Assembly: GCA_963716255.1 (NCBI GenBank)
Contig: OY970303.1
Coordinates: forward strand, 3,552,001-3,616,000
Reading direction: 5' to 3'
Origin: an uncultured Gemmatimonadales bacterium
GTDB taxonomy: Bacteria > Gemmatimonadota > Gemmatimonadetes > Longimicrobiales > Longimicrobiaceae
DNA length: 64,000 nucleotides
The notes under the pieces are model-generated. The model searched no databases. It was not told where the DNA came from and saw only the letters and a list, made by a program, of their open reading frames with translations. Below, piece by piece: positions 31,986 through 43,302 of this stretch (positions are counted from its first letter, which is position 1; the number at the start of each line of letters is the position of its first letter). Position numbers and translations under genes: made by a program.

Positions 31986-33184
31986 CGGGGCCGCTCGCCG
32001 GAGGCGACCGCGGGGAGCGCCTCCTCGTCCAGGTACCGCCAGCGGTCGCCACGCGCGACCACCTTGCGGACCGGCTTGTCCGGCAGGTCGCCGTCCGCGT
32101 CGAAGGAGAACACGCCCGTCACCCCCGGCCACCCCCGGGTGCCGTGCAGCGCCTCGGCGATCCGCTCCGGGGTGGGCTTTACGGCGCGGCGCATGGCCTG
32201 CGCGAGCACCTGCACCGCGTCGTAGCCCAGCGCCGCGGCGGCGTCCGGCGGGGTGCCGAAGCGCTCCCGGAACGCCGCGACGAAGCGGCGCACCTCCGGG
32301 CGGCGGTCCTCGGGGTGGAAGGCGGCCGCGACCACCGTCCCGTCCACCGCGTTCCCCCCCACGGTGAACAGGTCGGGGATCCCCATGGCGTCGCTCCCCA
32401 GCACCGGGACCGTGATCCCGGCCCGGCGCAGCTCCGCGATGAACACCGCCGCGTGCGGCACCTCGCCGGCCACGAACACCGCGTCCAGCTGAAGCGGCCG
32501 CCACTCCAGGGCGGTCTGCTCGGCGGCGCGGTGGCCGCCCTCGGCGTTGGGGTCGTACGACTGGCGCGCCGCCACCCCGATCCCCAGCTCGTCCGCCCGC
32601 TCCTCGAAGGCGTTGGCCAGGCTTCGCCCGTACGGGTTGCGGACGTAGTAGATGGCCACCTGACGGTACCCGCGGTGGGCGGCGTATTCGGCCATCTGCC
32701 GTCCGGCCTGTCCGTCGGTGAAGGTGGCCCGGAACACCCGCCGGTAGCCGCGGCGGGTCAGCTCGGGATCGGTGGAGGCCGGGGCCACCACCGGGATCCC
32801 GGCCAGGTCGTAGACCGCCGCCGCGGGGACGGTCACGTACGACTGCAGGTGGCCGATGACGGCCACCACGTCGGGGTTCTTGGCGAAACGCTGCGCCACC
32901 AGGCTCCCCTCGTCCACCGACTCCCGGTCGTCCTCCCGCAGGATGCGCAGCGGGCGCCCGTGGATCCCGCCTGAGCGGTTGACCTCCTCCACGGCCAGGT
33001 CCACTCCCTGACCGTAGAGCAGCTGCTTCCGGGCCTCCCAGGGCCAGGCGGCGCCCACCACCAGGTCGCCGGTGCCGCTCTCCGCCCGGCGGACGCGCTC
33101 GCTGGACGGGTCGCGGTCCCGGGAGCAGGACGCGCCCGCGAGGGCGAGGAGGGCCAGGACGGCGAGTGTGCGAGGGGCGCGCAT
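31982..33184 (-). CDS. LivJ/LivK-type solute-binding lipoprotein
   Basis: GASC lipobox; LAVEEVNRSGGIHGRPL, VVAVIGH, ALGYDAV, GVTG. Confidence 0.88.
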   Translation of the reverse strand: MRAPRTLAVLALLALAGASCSRDRDPSSERVRRAESGTGDLVVGAAWPWEARKQLLYGQGVDLAVEEVNRSGGIHGRPLRILREDDRESVDEGSLVAQRFAKNPDVVAVIGHLQSYVTVPAAAVYDLAGIPVVAPASTDPELTRRGYRRVFRATFTDGQAGRQMAEYAAHRGYRQVAIYYVRNPYGRSLANAFEERADELGIGVAARQSYDPNAEGGHRAAEQTALEWRPLQLDAVFVAGEVPHAAVFIAELRRAGITVPVLGSDAMGIPDLFTVGGNAVDGTVVAAAFHPEDRRPEVRRFVAAFRERFGTPPDAAAALGYDAVQVLAQAMRRAVKPTPERIAEALHGTRGWPGVTGVFSFDADGDLPDKPVRKVVARGDRWRYLDEEALPAVASGERPR

Positions 33185-33204
33185 GGCGATTCCGGGGTGG
33201 GCGT

Positions 33205-36126
33205 TCAGGCCAGCTGCCGGCGGGCCAGCTCGGCGAAGGGGCCGGCCTCCCGCATCAGCGCGTCGTAGCTCCCGGTCTGCACGATGCGGCCGCCCTGCAC
33301 CACGCAGATGCGGTCGGCGTCCACGATGGTGCTCAGCCGGTGGGCGATCACCAGCCGGGTGGACTGCAGCCGGGAGAGCGAGTCGCCGACCACCGCCTGG
33401 GTGCGGTTGTCCAGGGCGCTGGTGGCCTCGTCGAAGAGGAGGATGCGGGGGCGGGTGACGACGGCGCGGGCGATCAGGAGCCGCTGCCGCTGGCCGCCGG
33501 AAAGGGTGCTCCCCCCCTCGCTGATCACGGTGTGCATTCCCATGGGCATGGCGCGCACGTCCTCGTCCAGCCCCGCCATACGCGCCGCCTCCCAGGCATC
33601 GTCCAGGGTGCACAGCGACGAGCCCACGATGTTGCTGAAGATGTCGCCGGGCATGAGCCGGCCGTTCTGGAGCACCACGCCCACCTGGCGGCGCACGGAC
33701 AGCACGTCCAGCCCTCCCAGCTCCTGCCCGTCGAAGTACACGGAGCCGGATTCGGGCGTCTCGAATCCCAGGAGGAGGCGCAGTAGCGTGGACTTGCCGG
33801 AGCCGGAGGCGCCCACCAGCGCGACGAACTCCCCCGGCCGCACGTGCAGCGAGAGCCCGTCCAGCACGTTCGGTCCGTCGCCGCCGTAGCGGAAACGAAG
33901 GTGCTGCACCTCGATCTCCCCCGACAGCGTCCCCGGGTCCGCCCGGCCCGAGTCGGACTCCGGCGCGGCGAGCAGGATGGGGCTGGCGTTCTCGTAGTGG
34001 GGGACCACGGCGAGCGCCCCCACCAGCGCCGAGCTGGTGGCGACCATGGCGCCCATCAGGGCGGAGAACGCGGCGAGAAAGGCCAGCAGGTCGCCGGTGC
34101 GCAGGGCGGCCTCGCCGGACGGGGCCTCCAGGCGGCCGGAGGCCGCGGCGAAGATCACCAGCGAGGCCACCACGGGGAAGGCGGCGTTGAAGGCGGCCAG
34201 CCCCGCGCCGATGCGCCGCACCGCGAAGCGCAGGCGCCGCTGCTCGGCGAAGCGGCGTGCCCACATCCCGAACGCCTGCACCTCGGCCCCGGCCACGCGC
34301 AGCTTGGAGATCCCGGTGAGGAACTGGAGCACCATCCCCGAGTTCTCCGCCTGCCTGCGCGACAGCTGGCGCTGGTGCCGGAGCTGGAGCCAGCCGGCCC
34401 CCGCGGTGACGGCGAGCGCCACGGCCACCAGCAGCGTGGCCCACCCGGCCAGCACGGTGTCGTAGGCGAAGAGGATGGCGAAGTTGAAGACGGAGAAGAT
34501 GACGCCCAGGAGAGCGGTGACGGTGGTCCCGGACAGGATCTGGCGGATGGCGTCGATCCCCATGGCGCGCTCGGCCAGGTTGCCCGCGGTGTACCCGCGG
34601 AAGAAGCCCACGGGGAGCGTCAGCAGGCGGTCCCACACGGCGGCCTGGAGGGTGGCGCTCATCCTCCCCTCGATGCGGATGAGCGCCACGGACCGCGTGA
34701 GATGCAGGAGGGCCATGGCCACGGTGACCGCCAGGAGGAGCGAGGTGACCTGCAGGAGCTGCCCGCGCTCCGACTCCGGGAGGATGGAGTTGAAGATCAC
34801 CCCCACGGCCACGGGGATGAGCGCGGCGAGCGCCCCCCCGGCGATCCCCATCGCCACCACCGTGAGCAGGTCGCGCCCGCTCGCCCACGCCCCGAAGCGG
34901 AGCACGGCGGCGAGGCCCAGGGGCGTCTCGGGGAAGGGACGGTAGAAGGTGTGGGCGAAGGCGGCCAGGGTGGACGCCAGCGCGGCGTCCACCGGGGTCC
35001 GGGTGCGCTCCGCCGGGTCGCAGACCACGTACCCCCCGCCGCGGACGGGGAGGATTGCGACCGGGCGCCGCCCCTCCTCAAGCGTGGCCAGCAGCGGGCC
35101 CGAATCCGTGGTCCACCAGCCGTCGCGCAGGAGCACGCGGCGGGTGCGCAGCCGCGAGGCGCGGGCGATTGCGTCCAGCGGGCTGCGGCTGCCCGCCGTG
35201 ACGGCGGAGGCGGCGCGCACCTCCACGCCCAGCGCGTCGCCCACCAGGCGTGCCGCGGCGAACAGCGCGTCCTCGCCGCCGGGCTCGGCGGCGCGCAGCC
35301 GCATCCCGGGAGCGTCGCGCACCTCCGGGTCCAGGGTGGCGGCCAGCCGCACGCAGGAGCCGTGCAGGGTGTCGCGGTCCAGCGCCGCCCTGCGGCGGGC
35401 GCGCTCCCGCTCGGCTTCCGCCGCCGCCTCTCCCGCGTGGCGCGCGTGGGTGAGCACCAGCCGGTGCAGCCGCTCCACGCCGGCCCAGGCTTCCTCGGAC
35501 GAGGGGACGCCCGCCGCCACCAGCCGCGCCCCCTCCGGCGTCTCCAGCCAGGCGCGCCGGGACACCGGGAGCCACCCGTCGCCGTTCACCCGCAGCCCGG
35601 GGTGGCCCAGCAGCAGCGAGCTTCCCTCCGCGTGGCGCACCCAGGCGATCCCGTGCGCGGGCCGGAAGACGGCCCCCGCGGGGAGCGCTTCCTCGCAGTC
35701 CCCCTCCAGGTCGCGGCAATGCTTGGGAGCCAGCTCCGGGGCGATCCCGCCGCAGAGCGAGGCTGCCCATCCCTCCAGCAGGATGGCCGCCTCCGCTTCC
35801 CGGCCCGGCTCGCGCAGCCGCCCCCGCGGGAGCGCGAGCAGCCGCGTCCCCGGGGCACCCACGGCCAGGAGCGCCGCCTCGCCCGCCCCGGCCCCGGCGA
35901 GCAGCGGCTCCCCCGGCATCACCCGGCACAGGTGCCTCCGCGCTCCCACGACCTCGCCGTCCCGGACCCGCACCGCGAACACGTCGATCCGTCCCGAAGC
36001 CACCAGCCACGCCCCGTCCCCTTCCAGGAGGAAGGCACGGTCGGCGCCCGCTTCGCGGAGCACGCCCTCGCGCGCGAACAGGCCGCCCTCCGCGAGGAGG
36101 CCCGCCTCCGCGGCCGGGGCGCTCAC
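33205..36126 (-). CDS. NHLM bacteriocin-system ABC transporter (permease/ATPase, no active peptidase)
   Basis: N-terminal cNMP-like region, [12 protein letters not shown] domain, [24 protein letters not shown]. Confidence 0.9.
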   Translation of the reverse strand: MSAPAAEAGLLAEGGLFAREGVLREAGADRAFLLEGDGAWLVASGRIDVFAVRVRDGEVVGARRHLCRVMPGEPLLAGAGAGEAALLAVGAPGTRLLALPRGRLREPGREAEAAILLEGWAASLCGGIAPELAPKHCRDLEGDCEEALPAGAVFRPAHGIAWVRHAEGSSLLLGHPGLRVNGDGWLPVSRRAWLETPEGARLVAAGVPSSEEAWAGVERLHRLVLTHARHAGEAAAEAERERARRRAALDRDTLHGSCVRLAATLDPEVRDAPGMRLRAAEPGGEDALFAAARLVGDALGVEVRAASAVTAGSRSPLDAIARASRLRTRRVLLRDGWWTTDSGPLLATLEEGRRPVAILPVRGGGYVVCDPAERTRTPVDAALASTLAAFAHTFYRPFPETPLGLAAVLRFGAWASGRDLLTVVAMGIAGGALAALIPVAVGVIFNSILPESERGQLLQVTSLLLAVTVAMALLHLTRSVALIRIEGRMSATLQAAVWDRLLTLPVGFFRGYTAGNLAERAMGIDAIRQILSGTTVTALLGVIFSVFNFAILFAYDTVLAGWATLLVAVALAVTAGAGWLQLRHQRQLSRRQAENSGMVLQFLTGISKLRVAGAEVQAFGMWARRFAEQRRLRFAVRRIGAGLAAFNAAFPVVASLVIFAAASGRLEAPSGEAALRTGDLLAFLAAFSALMGAMVATSSALVGALAVVPHYENASPILLAAPESDSGRADPGTLSGEIEVQHLRFRYGGDGPNVLDGLSLHVRPGEFVALVGASGSGKSTLLRLLLGFETPESGSVYFDGQELGGLDVLSVRRQVGVVLQNGRLMPGDIFSNIVGSSLCTLDDAWEAARMAGLDEDVRAMPMGMHTVISEGGSTLSGGQRQRLLIARAVVTRPRILLFDEATSALDNRTQAVVGDSLSRLQSTRLVIAHRLSTIVDADRICVVQGGRIVQTGSYDALMREAGPFAELARRQLA

Positions 36127-38363
36127 TCCGCCTCCATCAGGCGGGCGTACGGCCCCGGCACGGCCATCATCTCGTCGTGCGTGCCGCGCTGCACGATCCT
36201 GCCGCGCTCCAGCACGACGATCTCGTCACAGTCGCGGATGGTGCTCAGGCGGTGGGCGACGATCAGGCAGGTGCAGCCGCGGCGGCGCAGGTGGTCGTCC
36301 ACGGCCTGCTCGGTGGCGGGGTCCAGCGCGCTGGTCGCCTCGTCCAGCACCAGCACGGTGGGGTTGCCCACCAGCGCGCGGGCGATCTCCAGCCGCTGCC
36401 GCTGTCCGCCGCTGAAGTTGCGTCCCGCCTCCTCCACCGCTCCCGCGTACCCGCCGGCGCGCGCCGTAACTTCCTCGTGGATGCAGGCGTCGCGCGCCGC
36501 CGCCACCAGCTGCGCCTCCGGGACGGTGGGGTCCCACAGCGTCAGGTTGTCGCGCACCGTTCCCTCGAACAGGAAGATGTCCTGGTCCACGAAGGCCAGC
36601 GACGCGTCCAGCGTCCGCCGCGGCACGGAGGCGCGGGGCCGCCCGTCGAAGAGCACCTCGCCCGTCCACGGCTCGTACAGGCCGCACACCAGCCGGGCGA
36701 TGGTGGACTTGCCGCACCCGGAGCCGCCCACCAGCGCCACCCGGCTCCCGGGCCGCAGCTCCAGCTCCAGCTCCTCGATGAGCGGCGGGTCCAGCGGCGA
36801 GAAGCCGAAGGACACCCCGCGCAGCTCCAGGCGCCCCGTGAGCTTCGCCTCCCGGTTGCCGTCCTCCTCCTCCCCGTCTCCCGGCGTCCGGGGATCACGC
36901 TCGGCGCCCATCACGTCGTCCAGCCGGCTCATGTCGCCGCGCACCTCCTGCACGGTGCTCCCCAGCTCCACCAGGCGGTTGACGGGGGCGAGAAAGGCGA
37001 GCATCAGCGCCTGGAAGGCGATGAGCATGCCCATGCTCAGGTGGCCGTCCATCACCCGCATCCCCCCGATCCCCAGGAGGAGGACCGTGCTCACCGACAG
37101 GAGGAAGGGAGGGACGACCGAGAGGAGCTGCGTGTGGAGGGCGAGCTCCTGCTGCGCGTTCAGCACCTTGGCCTGGTAGCCGGACCAGCGCGCGAAGAAG
37201 TCCGACTCGGAGCCGGTGGCCTTGAGCGTCTCGATGGTCTGCAGCCCCCCCATCGCCGTGCCCATCAGCTTGCCCCGGTCCTGCAGCATGCGCCGGCTCA
37301 GGTCCACGCGGCGCCGCGACACGTAGCGCAGCGCCGCCAGGTTGAGGGCCGCGGCCGTGACGCCCAGCAGGGTGAGCACCCGGTCGTACTGGACCATCAC
37401 GGCCGCGTAGAAGGCCACCGCCACCAGGTTGAGCAGGCTGGTGGCGAGGTCGCCCGAGAGGAGCTGCGCGACGCGGTCGTTGATGGCCACGCGCGAGCCG
37501 ATCTCCCCCGCGAAGCGCTGGGTGAAGAAGCCGATGGGAAGGTGGAGGACGTGCCAGAAGAAGCGCGCGGAGGTGGAGAGCGCGAGCTTGGTCTCCAGCC
37601 GGAGCAGGTACCACTGCTGCAGCCAGGTGAGCGCTCCGAAGAGCAGCGCCGCGGCGGCCATGGCGAGCAGGAGCGGCCGGACCCAGGTGTGCAGCCCCGC
37701 CACCAGGACGTCGTCCACGAACACCCGCGAAAAGGTGGGTACCACCAGCCCCGGGAGCACCAGCCCCAGCCCCACCAGCACCACGAAGAGCAGGGCGAGA
37801 CGCGAGCCCCTCAGCCGGCTCCGCAGCGCCTTCAGAAGGCCGGGCGCCTCCCCACCTCTCACGAAGGCGTCGCCGCGCTCGAAGACCAGCGCCACTCCGG
37901 TGAACGCCTGGTCCAGCTCCGCCTCGGACACCGAGCGCGGGCCGGTGGCGGGGTCGTTGAGGTGTGCCCGCCCCTTGCGGAACCCCTCCAGCACCACGAA
38001 GTGGTTGAAGTTCCAGTGCAGGATCATGGGCACGGGGAGCGCCCGGAGCGCCTCCGGCTCCTTCTTCACCCCCTTCGCGACCAGCCCGTAGCGGCGCGCC
38101 GCCTTGACGACGTTGCTGGCCTTGCTGCCGTCGCGCGACACCCCGCAGGCGACCCTCAGCTCCTCCAGCGGCACCGTGCGGCCGTGGTGGGCGAGGACCA
38201 TGGCGAGCGCGGCGGCGCCGCACTCCACCGCCTCCATCTGCAGCACGGTGGGGACGCGCACCCGCCGCGGCGCGGGAGCCGCCGCGGCGGCCACCCGGAG
38301 GAAGGGGATGCGGGTGCGGAGCCGCTCCGTCCCGCCCGCCGCCGGCGCGGTGCCCACGCTCAT
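36123..38363 (-). CDS. NHLM bacteriocin-system C39 peptidase/ABC transporter
   Basis: [12 protein letters not shown] catalytic Cys, [13 protein letters not shown]; Walker [17 protein letters not shown]. Confidence 0.93.
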   Translation of the reverse strand: MSVGTAPAAGGTERLRTRIPFLRVAAAAAPAPRRVRVPTVLQMEAVECGAAALAMVLAHHGRTVPLEELRVACGVSRDGSKASNVVKAARRYGLVAKGVKKEPEALRALPVPMILHWNFNHFVVLEGFRKGRAHLNDPATGPRSVSEAELDQAFTGVALVFERGDAFVRGGEAPGLLKALRSRLRGSRLALLFVVLVGLGLVLPGLVVPTFSRVFVDDVLVAGLHTWVRPLLLAMAAAALLFGALTWLQQWYLLRLETKLALSTSARFFWHVLHLPIGFFTQRFAGEIGSRVAINDRVAQLLSGDLATSLLNLVAVAFYAAVMVQYDRVLTLLGVTAAALNLAALRYVSRRRVDLSRRMLQDRGKLMGTAMGGLQTIETLKATGSESDFFARWSGYQAKVLNAQQELALHTQLLSVVPPFLLSVSTVLLLGIGGMRVMDGHLSMGMLIAFQALMLAFLAPVNRLVELGSTVQEVRGDMSRLDDVMGAERDPRTPGDGEEEDGNREAKLTGRLELRGVSFGFSPLDPPLIEELELELRPGSRVALVGGSGCGKSTIARLVCGLYEPWTGEVLFDGRPRASVPRRTLDASLAFVDQDIFLFEGTVRDNLTLWDPTVPEAQLVAAARDACIHEEVTARAGGYAGAVEEAGRNFSGGQRQRLEIARALVGNPTVLVLDEATSALDPATEQAVDDHLRRRGCTCLIVAHRLSTIRDCDEIVVLERGRIVQRGTHDEMMAVPGPYARLMEAE

Positions 38364-38373
38364 CGCCTCGCCC

Positions 38374-39633
38374 TCACAGCCCGGCCGAGCGGCGGAAGAC
38401 GGGGAGCACCAGCTCCAGCGGCCGCCGCTCCTCCAGGGTGATGTACGCCGCGCACAGGGTGCCGCTGCGGATCTCCGTGGGCGGCCCGGCCGGCGACGAC
38501 CAGCGGTAGCGGCTGCGCGTGTCCGGGTCGGGGATCAGGTCGGCGTGCACCTCGTACGGAGCGCCGCCGCCGGAGAGCGCGGTGACCAGGGCGTCGTTCT
38601 TGAGGGTGCGCGCCATCCCCTGCGCGGTGGCCGGAAAGTCGGACACGTAGGTGACGGTGCCCAGGAGAAAGCCGTGCTCCTCCTGCCGCACGGTGGACGG
38701 GGAGATCTGGATCCGCATCCCCGGGCGGATCTTCTTTCCCTCGGTGGAGGCCACGTACAGCACCGCTTCCAGGTTCTTGACGGTCTTCCCCGTCAGGTCC
38801 AGGCGCAGCACCGGCTCGCCCCGGTCGATGACGCGCCCCTGCTCGGTCATGATCTCCAGCACCCGCCCGGTGTAGGGCGACACCACCTGCGAGGTGCGCT
38901 GCAGCTCCGCCTCCTGCCGCCCGACGGCGCGCTCCGCCTCCTCGATCCGCAGGCGGCCGGCCAGGATCTCCTGGCGCTTCTTCTCGCGCAGCGCCAGCTG
39001 GTCCACGGCGTTCTGCTGGAGCTGGTTGCGGTTGGCGCGCACGTCCCGCTGCGACACGTCGTACTGCTGGCGCGTGGTGAGCAGCGTCTGGCGCGTGAGC
39101 AGCCCCTGCGCCACCAGCCGCTCCTGGTTGGCGATCTTTTCCCGCATCCAGCGCAGCTCCTCCTCGCCGGCGCGGATCGCCTCCCCCAGGTCGTCGCGCT
39201 GCTGGGCGAGGTACTCCGTCTGCATGCGCACTTCGCGGCTCCCGAACTCCTCCACCTGACGCTGCTGGATGCGCAGGTCCGCCAGCGCGGCGCGCGATTC
39301 GGCCAGCGCCGCCAGCAGGTCCGGCTGGGCGACGCGCGCCACCACCTGGCCCTCGCTCACCTGCTCGCCCACCCGCACGGCCACGTCTTCCACCCGGCCG
39401 CTCCCCAGCGGCACCACCTCGAAGACGCCGCCGGAGCGAACCAGGATCCCCTGCCCCGTGGCCTTTTCGGGGATGCTCCCCACCACCCCCCACACCACGG
39501 CCGCGCCCAGCAGCACGCCCAGGGCGGCAAAGGTGATCCAGCTGCGGGGGGTGGTGACCTGGATGAGCTGGTCCAGCTGCTCGGGGGAGGCGAGGCGCTC
39601 CAGCGACACCTTCCGGAACACGTTGCTCTGCAT
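38374..39633 (-). CDS. NHLM bacteriocin-system secretion protein (HlyD/MFP)
   Basis: [20 protein letters not shown] start, TM, coiled coil, YRWSS. Confidence 0.92.
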   Translation of the reverse strand: MQSNVFRKVSLERLASPEQLDQLIQVTTPRSWITFAALGVLLGAAVVWGVVGSIPEKATGQGILVRSGGVFEVVPLGSGRVEDVAVRVGEQVSEGQVVARVAQPDLLAALAESRAALADLRIQQRQVEEFGSREVRMQTEYLAQQRDDLGEAIRAGEEELRWMREKIANQERLVAQGLLTRQTLLTTRQQYDVSQRDVRANRNQLQQNAVDQLALREKKRQEILAGRLRIEEAERAVGRQEAELQRTSQVVSPYTGRVLEIMTEQGRVIDRGEPVLRLDLTGKTVKNLEAVLYVASTEGKKIRPGMRIQISPSTVRQEEHGFLLGTVTYVSDFPATAQGMARTLKNDALVTALSGGGAPYEVHADLIPDPDTRSRYRWSSPAGPPTEIRSGTLCAAYITLEERRPLELVLPVFRRSAGL

Positions 39634-39645
39634 GCCTGGTGACGT

Positions 39646-41214
39646 TCAGGTGCCGTCCGGACGGGGAGCGGTGGTCAGGGCTTCCAGGCTGGCCAGAGGG
39701 GTCTCGCCGTCGAATTCCACCAGCGTGCCGCTCTCGTAGCGGAGGCGCGCCACGGCCTGCGCGTGACGGAGCCGCGCCCCGATCTGCTGCACGCGCGCGC
39801 TCGTGAGCCCGTCCTCCGCCTGCAGCACCTCGAACAGGGTGGACATTCCCAGCCGGAACTTCTCCTTCTCGCTGGCCAGCGAGGTGACGTACAGCGCGGC
39901 CGCCTCCTCCGAGATCGCCAGCTCCTGCCGGCTGTGCTCGGCCGCGGATGCGGCCACCCGCACCGCCGACTCCACCTCGCGGATCAGCTCCCCGGCGGCC
40001 AGGCCGCTCTGCGCCAGCAGGGCGCGCCGCTGCGCGGCCCGGCCCCGTGCGGCCCGGTCCATGGCGCCGGGCGTGTAGCTCACCTCCAGCCCCGCGCTCC
40101 ACCCGGAAAGGTTTCCGTAGAAGGGCTGGATGAGACGTCCCACGCCGTTGCCGGGGAGCGCGCCGGTGTATCCGAGGTCGGCGCTGACTTCCATCCGCGA
40201 GCGCAGCTCGTCCTCCCCCCCGCGCGCCAGCAGCTCCGCGCTCCGCCGGTCCTCGAGCGCGGCGGCCAGGTCGGCGCGGCGCGCCTGCGCCCGCGCCGCG
40301 AGGGCCCCGGCGTCGATGGGATGGGAGTCCCCGCCCGCCGGGACCGGGAAGCCGGTGCCGGGCTGGGGAAGCGCCTCGATGCGATGCACCGGGAGCCCCA
40401 GGACGAGCCCCAGCCGGTGCCTCGCCGCCACCACCTCCTGCTCCGCGGCGACCCGCGTGGCCGTGCGCGAAGCCAGGTTGGCGAGGAGCGGATTGAGGTC
40501 GCTGGGGGGGCGCTCTTCCGCCTGCACCAGCACCCGTGTCTCCTCCACCAGCCGGCGTGCCCGCTGCTCCGACTCCGCGTAGACCCCCAGGCGTTCTGCC
40601 GCGGCCAGGTAGTCCCAGTACGCCGCCACCGCGGCGAGCACCGCTTCCGCCGCGGCGTGGCGCAGCCGCTGGAGCGCCGCGCGGTGCGTACCCTCCGCGG
40701 CCCGCTCCCCCAGCGCGCCCACCCGGCCGCTTCCCCGCAGCAGCGGCAGAGTCGCGCTCACCCCGGCGCGCGCCGTGTTGCTGGCACCCGCGCCGAACGC
40801 GGATCCACCCAGGCGCGTGCCCTGGATCTCCGGCGCCACCGTGAGCCCCCAGCGAAAGCGCTTGGCCAGCGCGGCGCCGTACGTGGAGGACGTTTCCAGC
40901 ACGTCCGTGGGGGCGCCGCCCTCCCCCGTCACGTCGAAGGCACTTTCCCGCGCGCTTCCCACGAACGTCCGCAGCTGCGGGTCGAAGGCCGCCCCGGCCA
41001 CGAGCACGCCGCCCCGGCTGGCGTCCACCTCCTGACGGGCCATCTCGATGCGCGGGCCGGAGGCGAGCGCGAGGCGCACCGTCTCCAGCAGGCCGAGCGA
41101 GTCCTCGCGCGTCGCCTGGGCGCCCAGGCGCGAGGGGAGGAGCAGGGCGAGGACGAGGAGCACCCGCCGCGCACGCCTGGACCGCCTGGCGAGAACCGTA
41201 TCCATCTCCTGCAT
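39646..41214 (-). CDS. TolC-family outer-membrane efflux protein
   Basis: Signal peptide, AYWDY, EKFRLGMSTLFEVLQAE repeat pattern. Confidence 0.85.
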   Translation of the reverse strand: MQEMDTVLARRSRRARRVLLVLALLLPSRLGAQATREDSLGLLETVRLALASGPRIEMARQEVDASRGGVLVAGAAFDPQLRTFVGSARESAFDVTGEGGAPTDVLETSSTYGAALAKRFRWGLTVAPEIQGTRLGGSAFGAGASNTARAGVSATLPLLRGSGRVGALGERAAEGTHRAALQRLRHAAAEAVLAAVAAYWDYLAAAERLGVYAESEQRARRLVEETRVLVQAEERPPSDLNPLLANLASRTATRVAAEQEVVAARHRLGLVLGLPVHRIEALPQPGTGFPVPAGGDSHPIDAGALAARAQARRADLAAALEDRRSAELLARGGEDELRSRMEVSADLGYTGALPGNGVGRLIQPFYGNLSGWSAGLEVSYTPGAMDRAARGRAAQRRALLAQSGLAAGELIREVESAVRVAASAAEHSRQELAISEEAAALYVTSLASEKEKFRLGMSTLFEVLQAEDGLTSARVQQIGARLRHAQAVARLRYESGTLVEFDGETPLASLEALTTAPRPDGT

Positions 41215-41340
41215 ACTCTGGCCTGTGAGGTGCGCTGACAGGGACGTTCCCGCGGGCCGCGGGCATGGCTCCGTTCGCTGTGCGGGCCCGGACGGGTGAC
41301 CCTCCGCCCGTCCGGGATCTCGCGGGGAACTCCTGCGGCC

Positions 41341-41667
41341 TCAGGGAGACGGGGTGGGGGAAGGCGGCGGAGGCTGGGCCGGGTCCTCCCACACGGGGTC
41401 GACCCCACCCGCTACGGCGTCCAGCTCCTCCTCGGAAAGCTCCTCGGCCGGACCTGAATCCGGGAGGAGCACGTCCAGCTCCGCGCCCCGTTCCACGAAC
41501 CGGACCGTGAACCCGGCCGGCAGCTCGATGCCGAGCACGTCGCGCAGCGTGCCGCGCGGCTCGTCCAGCAGCCCGCGCCGGAAGACGGGATCGGCCGCGG
41601 CACGGGAAAGGACCGGCTGCCAGCGGGCGCGTCCCGCCTCCCACGAATCCTGCTTGCCTGACGACAT
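41341..41667 (-). CDS. NHLP-leader RiPP precursor A (108 aa); core VDPVWEDPAQPPPPSPTPSP
   Basis: RAAADPVFRRGLLDEPRGTL nitrile-hydratase-like leader; ELSEEELDAVAGG cleavage motif; GGAGG RBS. Confidence 0.9.
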   Translation of the reverse strand: MSSGKQDSWEAGRARWQPVLSRAAADPVFRRGLLDEPRGTLRDVLGIELPAGFTVRFVERGAELDVLLPDSGPAEELSEEELDAVAGGVDPVWEDPAQPPPPSPTPSP

Positions 41668-41718
41668 GGATACCTCCGGCGGGGTTGGGCCAGCCCGATG
41701 CTGCGAGAGGACGCAGAG

Positions 41719-41734
41719 GGCAATCGGCATACCC
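41719..41734 (-). promoter_or_regulatory. sigma-54 promoter candidate for precursor A and the export genes
   Basis: GGGTATGCCGATTGCC, GG-N10-GC, ~50 nt upstream of the ATG. Confidence 0.55.
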
Positions 41735-41879
41735 GCCACGGGTGGGACGCGCCGCGGACGCAGCCCTGCGCGGGGCATGTGTTTACGCGCCGCGCGAGCC
41801 CCGGCGGCGTGGGCGGCGGTCGAGCGTGGCCTCTACTTGTAGAGCCCACGCTCGATTCCGCGTCGTGCCGGAGCGAGAC

Positions 41880-42053
41880 TCAGGCGCACCCGGCCGCGGG
41901 GGCGCGCTCCTCGCGCCCATCGACGAGCGTCGCCGTTCCCATCCAGATGCGGGCGAGTCCTCCCGCCACCTCGTCGAGGTCGGCGTCGGAGATCTCGTCG
42001 TCCGCGCGGGCGGCGGGGCGGGGGTCAGACTGCGGCTGCAGCTTCTCGTCCAT
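41880..42053 (-). CDS. short double-glycine RiPP precursor B (57 aa); core LARIWMGTATLVDGREERAPAAGCA
   Basis: Absent from the ORF track. Manual translation MDEKLQPQSDPRPAARADDEISDADLDEVAGG|LARIW...; GGAG RBS. Confidence 0.8.
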   Translation of the reverse strand: MDEKLQPQSDPRPAARADDEISDADLDEVAGGLARIWMGTATLVDGREERAPAAGCA

Positions 42054-43170
42054 TGTTGTGCTTCTCCGCCGGTTGAAGGGTCCTCCGCGGGTAGAACCCG
42101 CTGAAGGCGCACAGGTACGCCTTGGCCTGGGGGGTACGGCCCTCCTCGTACACGAGCTTGACGTGGTTCACGCGGCGCTTCACCAGGCTGGGCCACAGCT
42201 CGTGCGCGAAGTCCTCGAACGAGTAGCCGGGCCAGGCGAGCAGGCCGTCCCGCTTCGCCGCGGTGCAGAGCCCCAGCTCCACCAGGCGGTCCAGGAACCC
42301 GGTTTCGTGCAGCCGCCCGCGGATCTGGCCGCCCCGCTCCAGCACGTACTCCAGCCCGATGCGCGGCTGCACCGCGTCCCCGTCGACGTCCAGGTGGAGC
42401 ATCCCCGGGCCGGGGTGCAGGCGCCGGCCGTCCGCGGTGCCGGTTTCCCGGAGAAAGTGGTGCAGCGCGCGCGGGTCGCCCGACCAGCCGACGCGCGCGA
42501 GGTAGCCGGGGAGCGCGTCCTCGCCGATCCCCACCACGCAGACGCGGACCGCGTCCGTGCCGCGTGGCGCGAAGGAGCCCAGGTAGGAGACGTAGGCCCC
42601 GGCCCGGAGCTCTTCGGCGCACCGGCGTATCGCCTGGACGCGGACCGGGTCCGGAGAGATCCCCGGCAGGGCCGCGAGCACACTTTCCAGCCCGCGTTCC
42701 GATGCGGAGGGGGCCGACGGCTCCAGCTTGACAAACACCCCCGGTAGCGGGACGTCCTCCGTCTCGTGCTCGCCGGGCGTGTCGAACTCCAGCCACACGC
42801 CCCGGACGCTGCCGGAGAGAGGCGAGCTGGGGTCGGCCCAGCGCGCGCAGAGCTGCCGCACCTGCTCCCAGAACGGGTGGTCGCGCAGCCGCCGCGGCAG
42901 GTGGACGGCCGGGTTCGCGCCTGCCAGGATCGAGCGGCCCCGCTCGTCCACCTGGACCACCAGGTCCACGCGCGCGTCCACGGACAGGCGGCACTCCAGG
43001 TAGATGCCGTGCGTCAGGCCCGCCGGCAGGTCGCTGCAGCCGGCGGCGAGGCGGTGGAACGCCTGCTCCGGGACCAGGCTGGGGAGCACGGGGTGAACCG
43101 CGTCCAGCATCCCGGAAAGCGGAGACTGGATGCCGGTGGTGTCGGCGTGCCGTTCAGCGGCGCTCTCCAT
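42025..43170 (-). CDS. putative RiPP tailoring enzyme, possibly a peptide (Trp) prenyltransferase-like protein
   Basis: 381-aa soluble ORF between precursors: YLECRL, WLEFD, RIGLEY, GLCTAAK..LLAWPG, NHVKLVY..AKAYL. The ORF is well supported; the function is inferred. Confidence 0.55.
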   Translation of the reverse strand: MESAAERHADTTGIQSPLSGMLDAVHPVLPSLVPEQAFHRLAAGCSDLPAGLTHGIYLECRLSVDARVDLVVQVDERGRSILAGANPAVHLPRRLRDHPFWEQVRQLCARWADPSSPLSGSVRGVWLEFDTPGEHETEDVPLPGVFVKLEPSAPSASERGLESVLAALPGISPDPVRVQAIRRCAEELRAGAYVSYLGSFAPRGTDAVRVCVVGIGEDALPGYLARVGWSGDPRALHHFLRETGTADGRRLHPGPGMLHLDVDGDAVQPRIGLEYVLERGGQIRGRLHETGFLDRLVELGLCTAAKRDGLLAWPGYSFEDFAHELWPSLVKRRVNHVKLVYEEGRTPQAKAYLCAFSGFYPRRTLQPAEKHNNGREAAAAV

Positions 43171-43302
43171 CCGAATCGTTCCCTGTCCAGCATGCCGGCG
43201 GCTGGCCGACGGATCTACCCGCCGGCCAGCTGCGGTAGTTCGCCGGCTCGTGGGGCTCTGCCACGTCCCGTACGGCTCCATCATCTTCTGTTGCCTTTCT
43301 GT

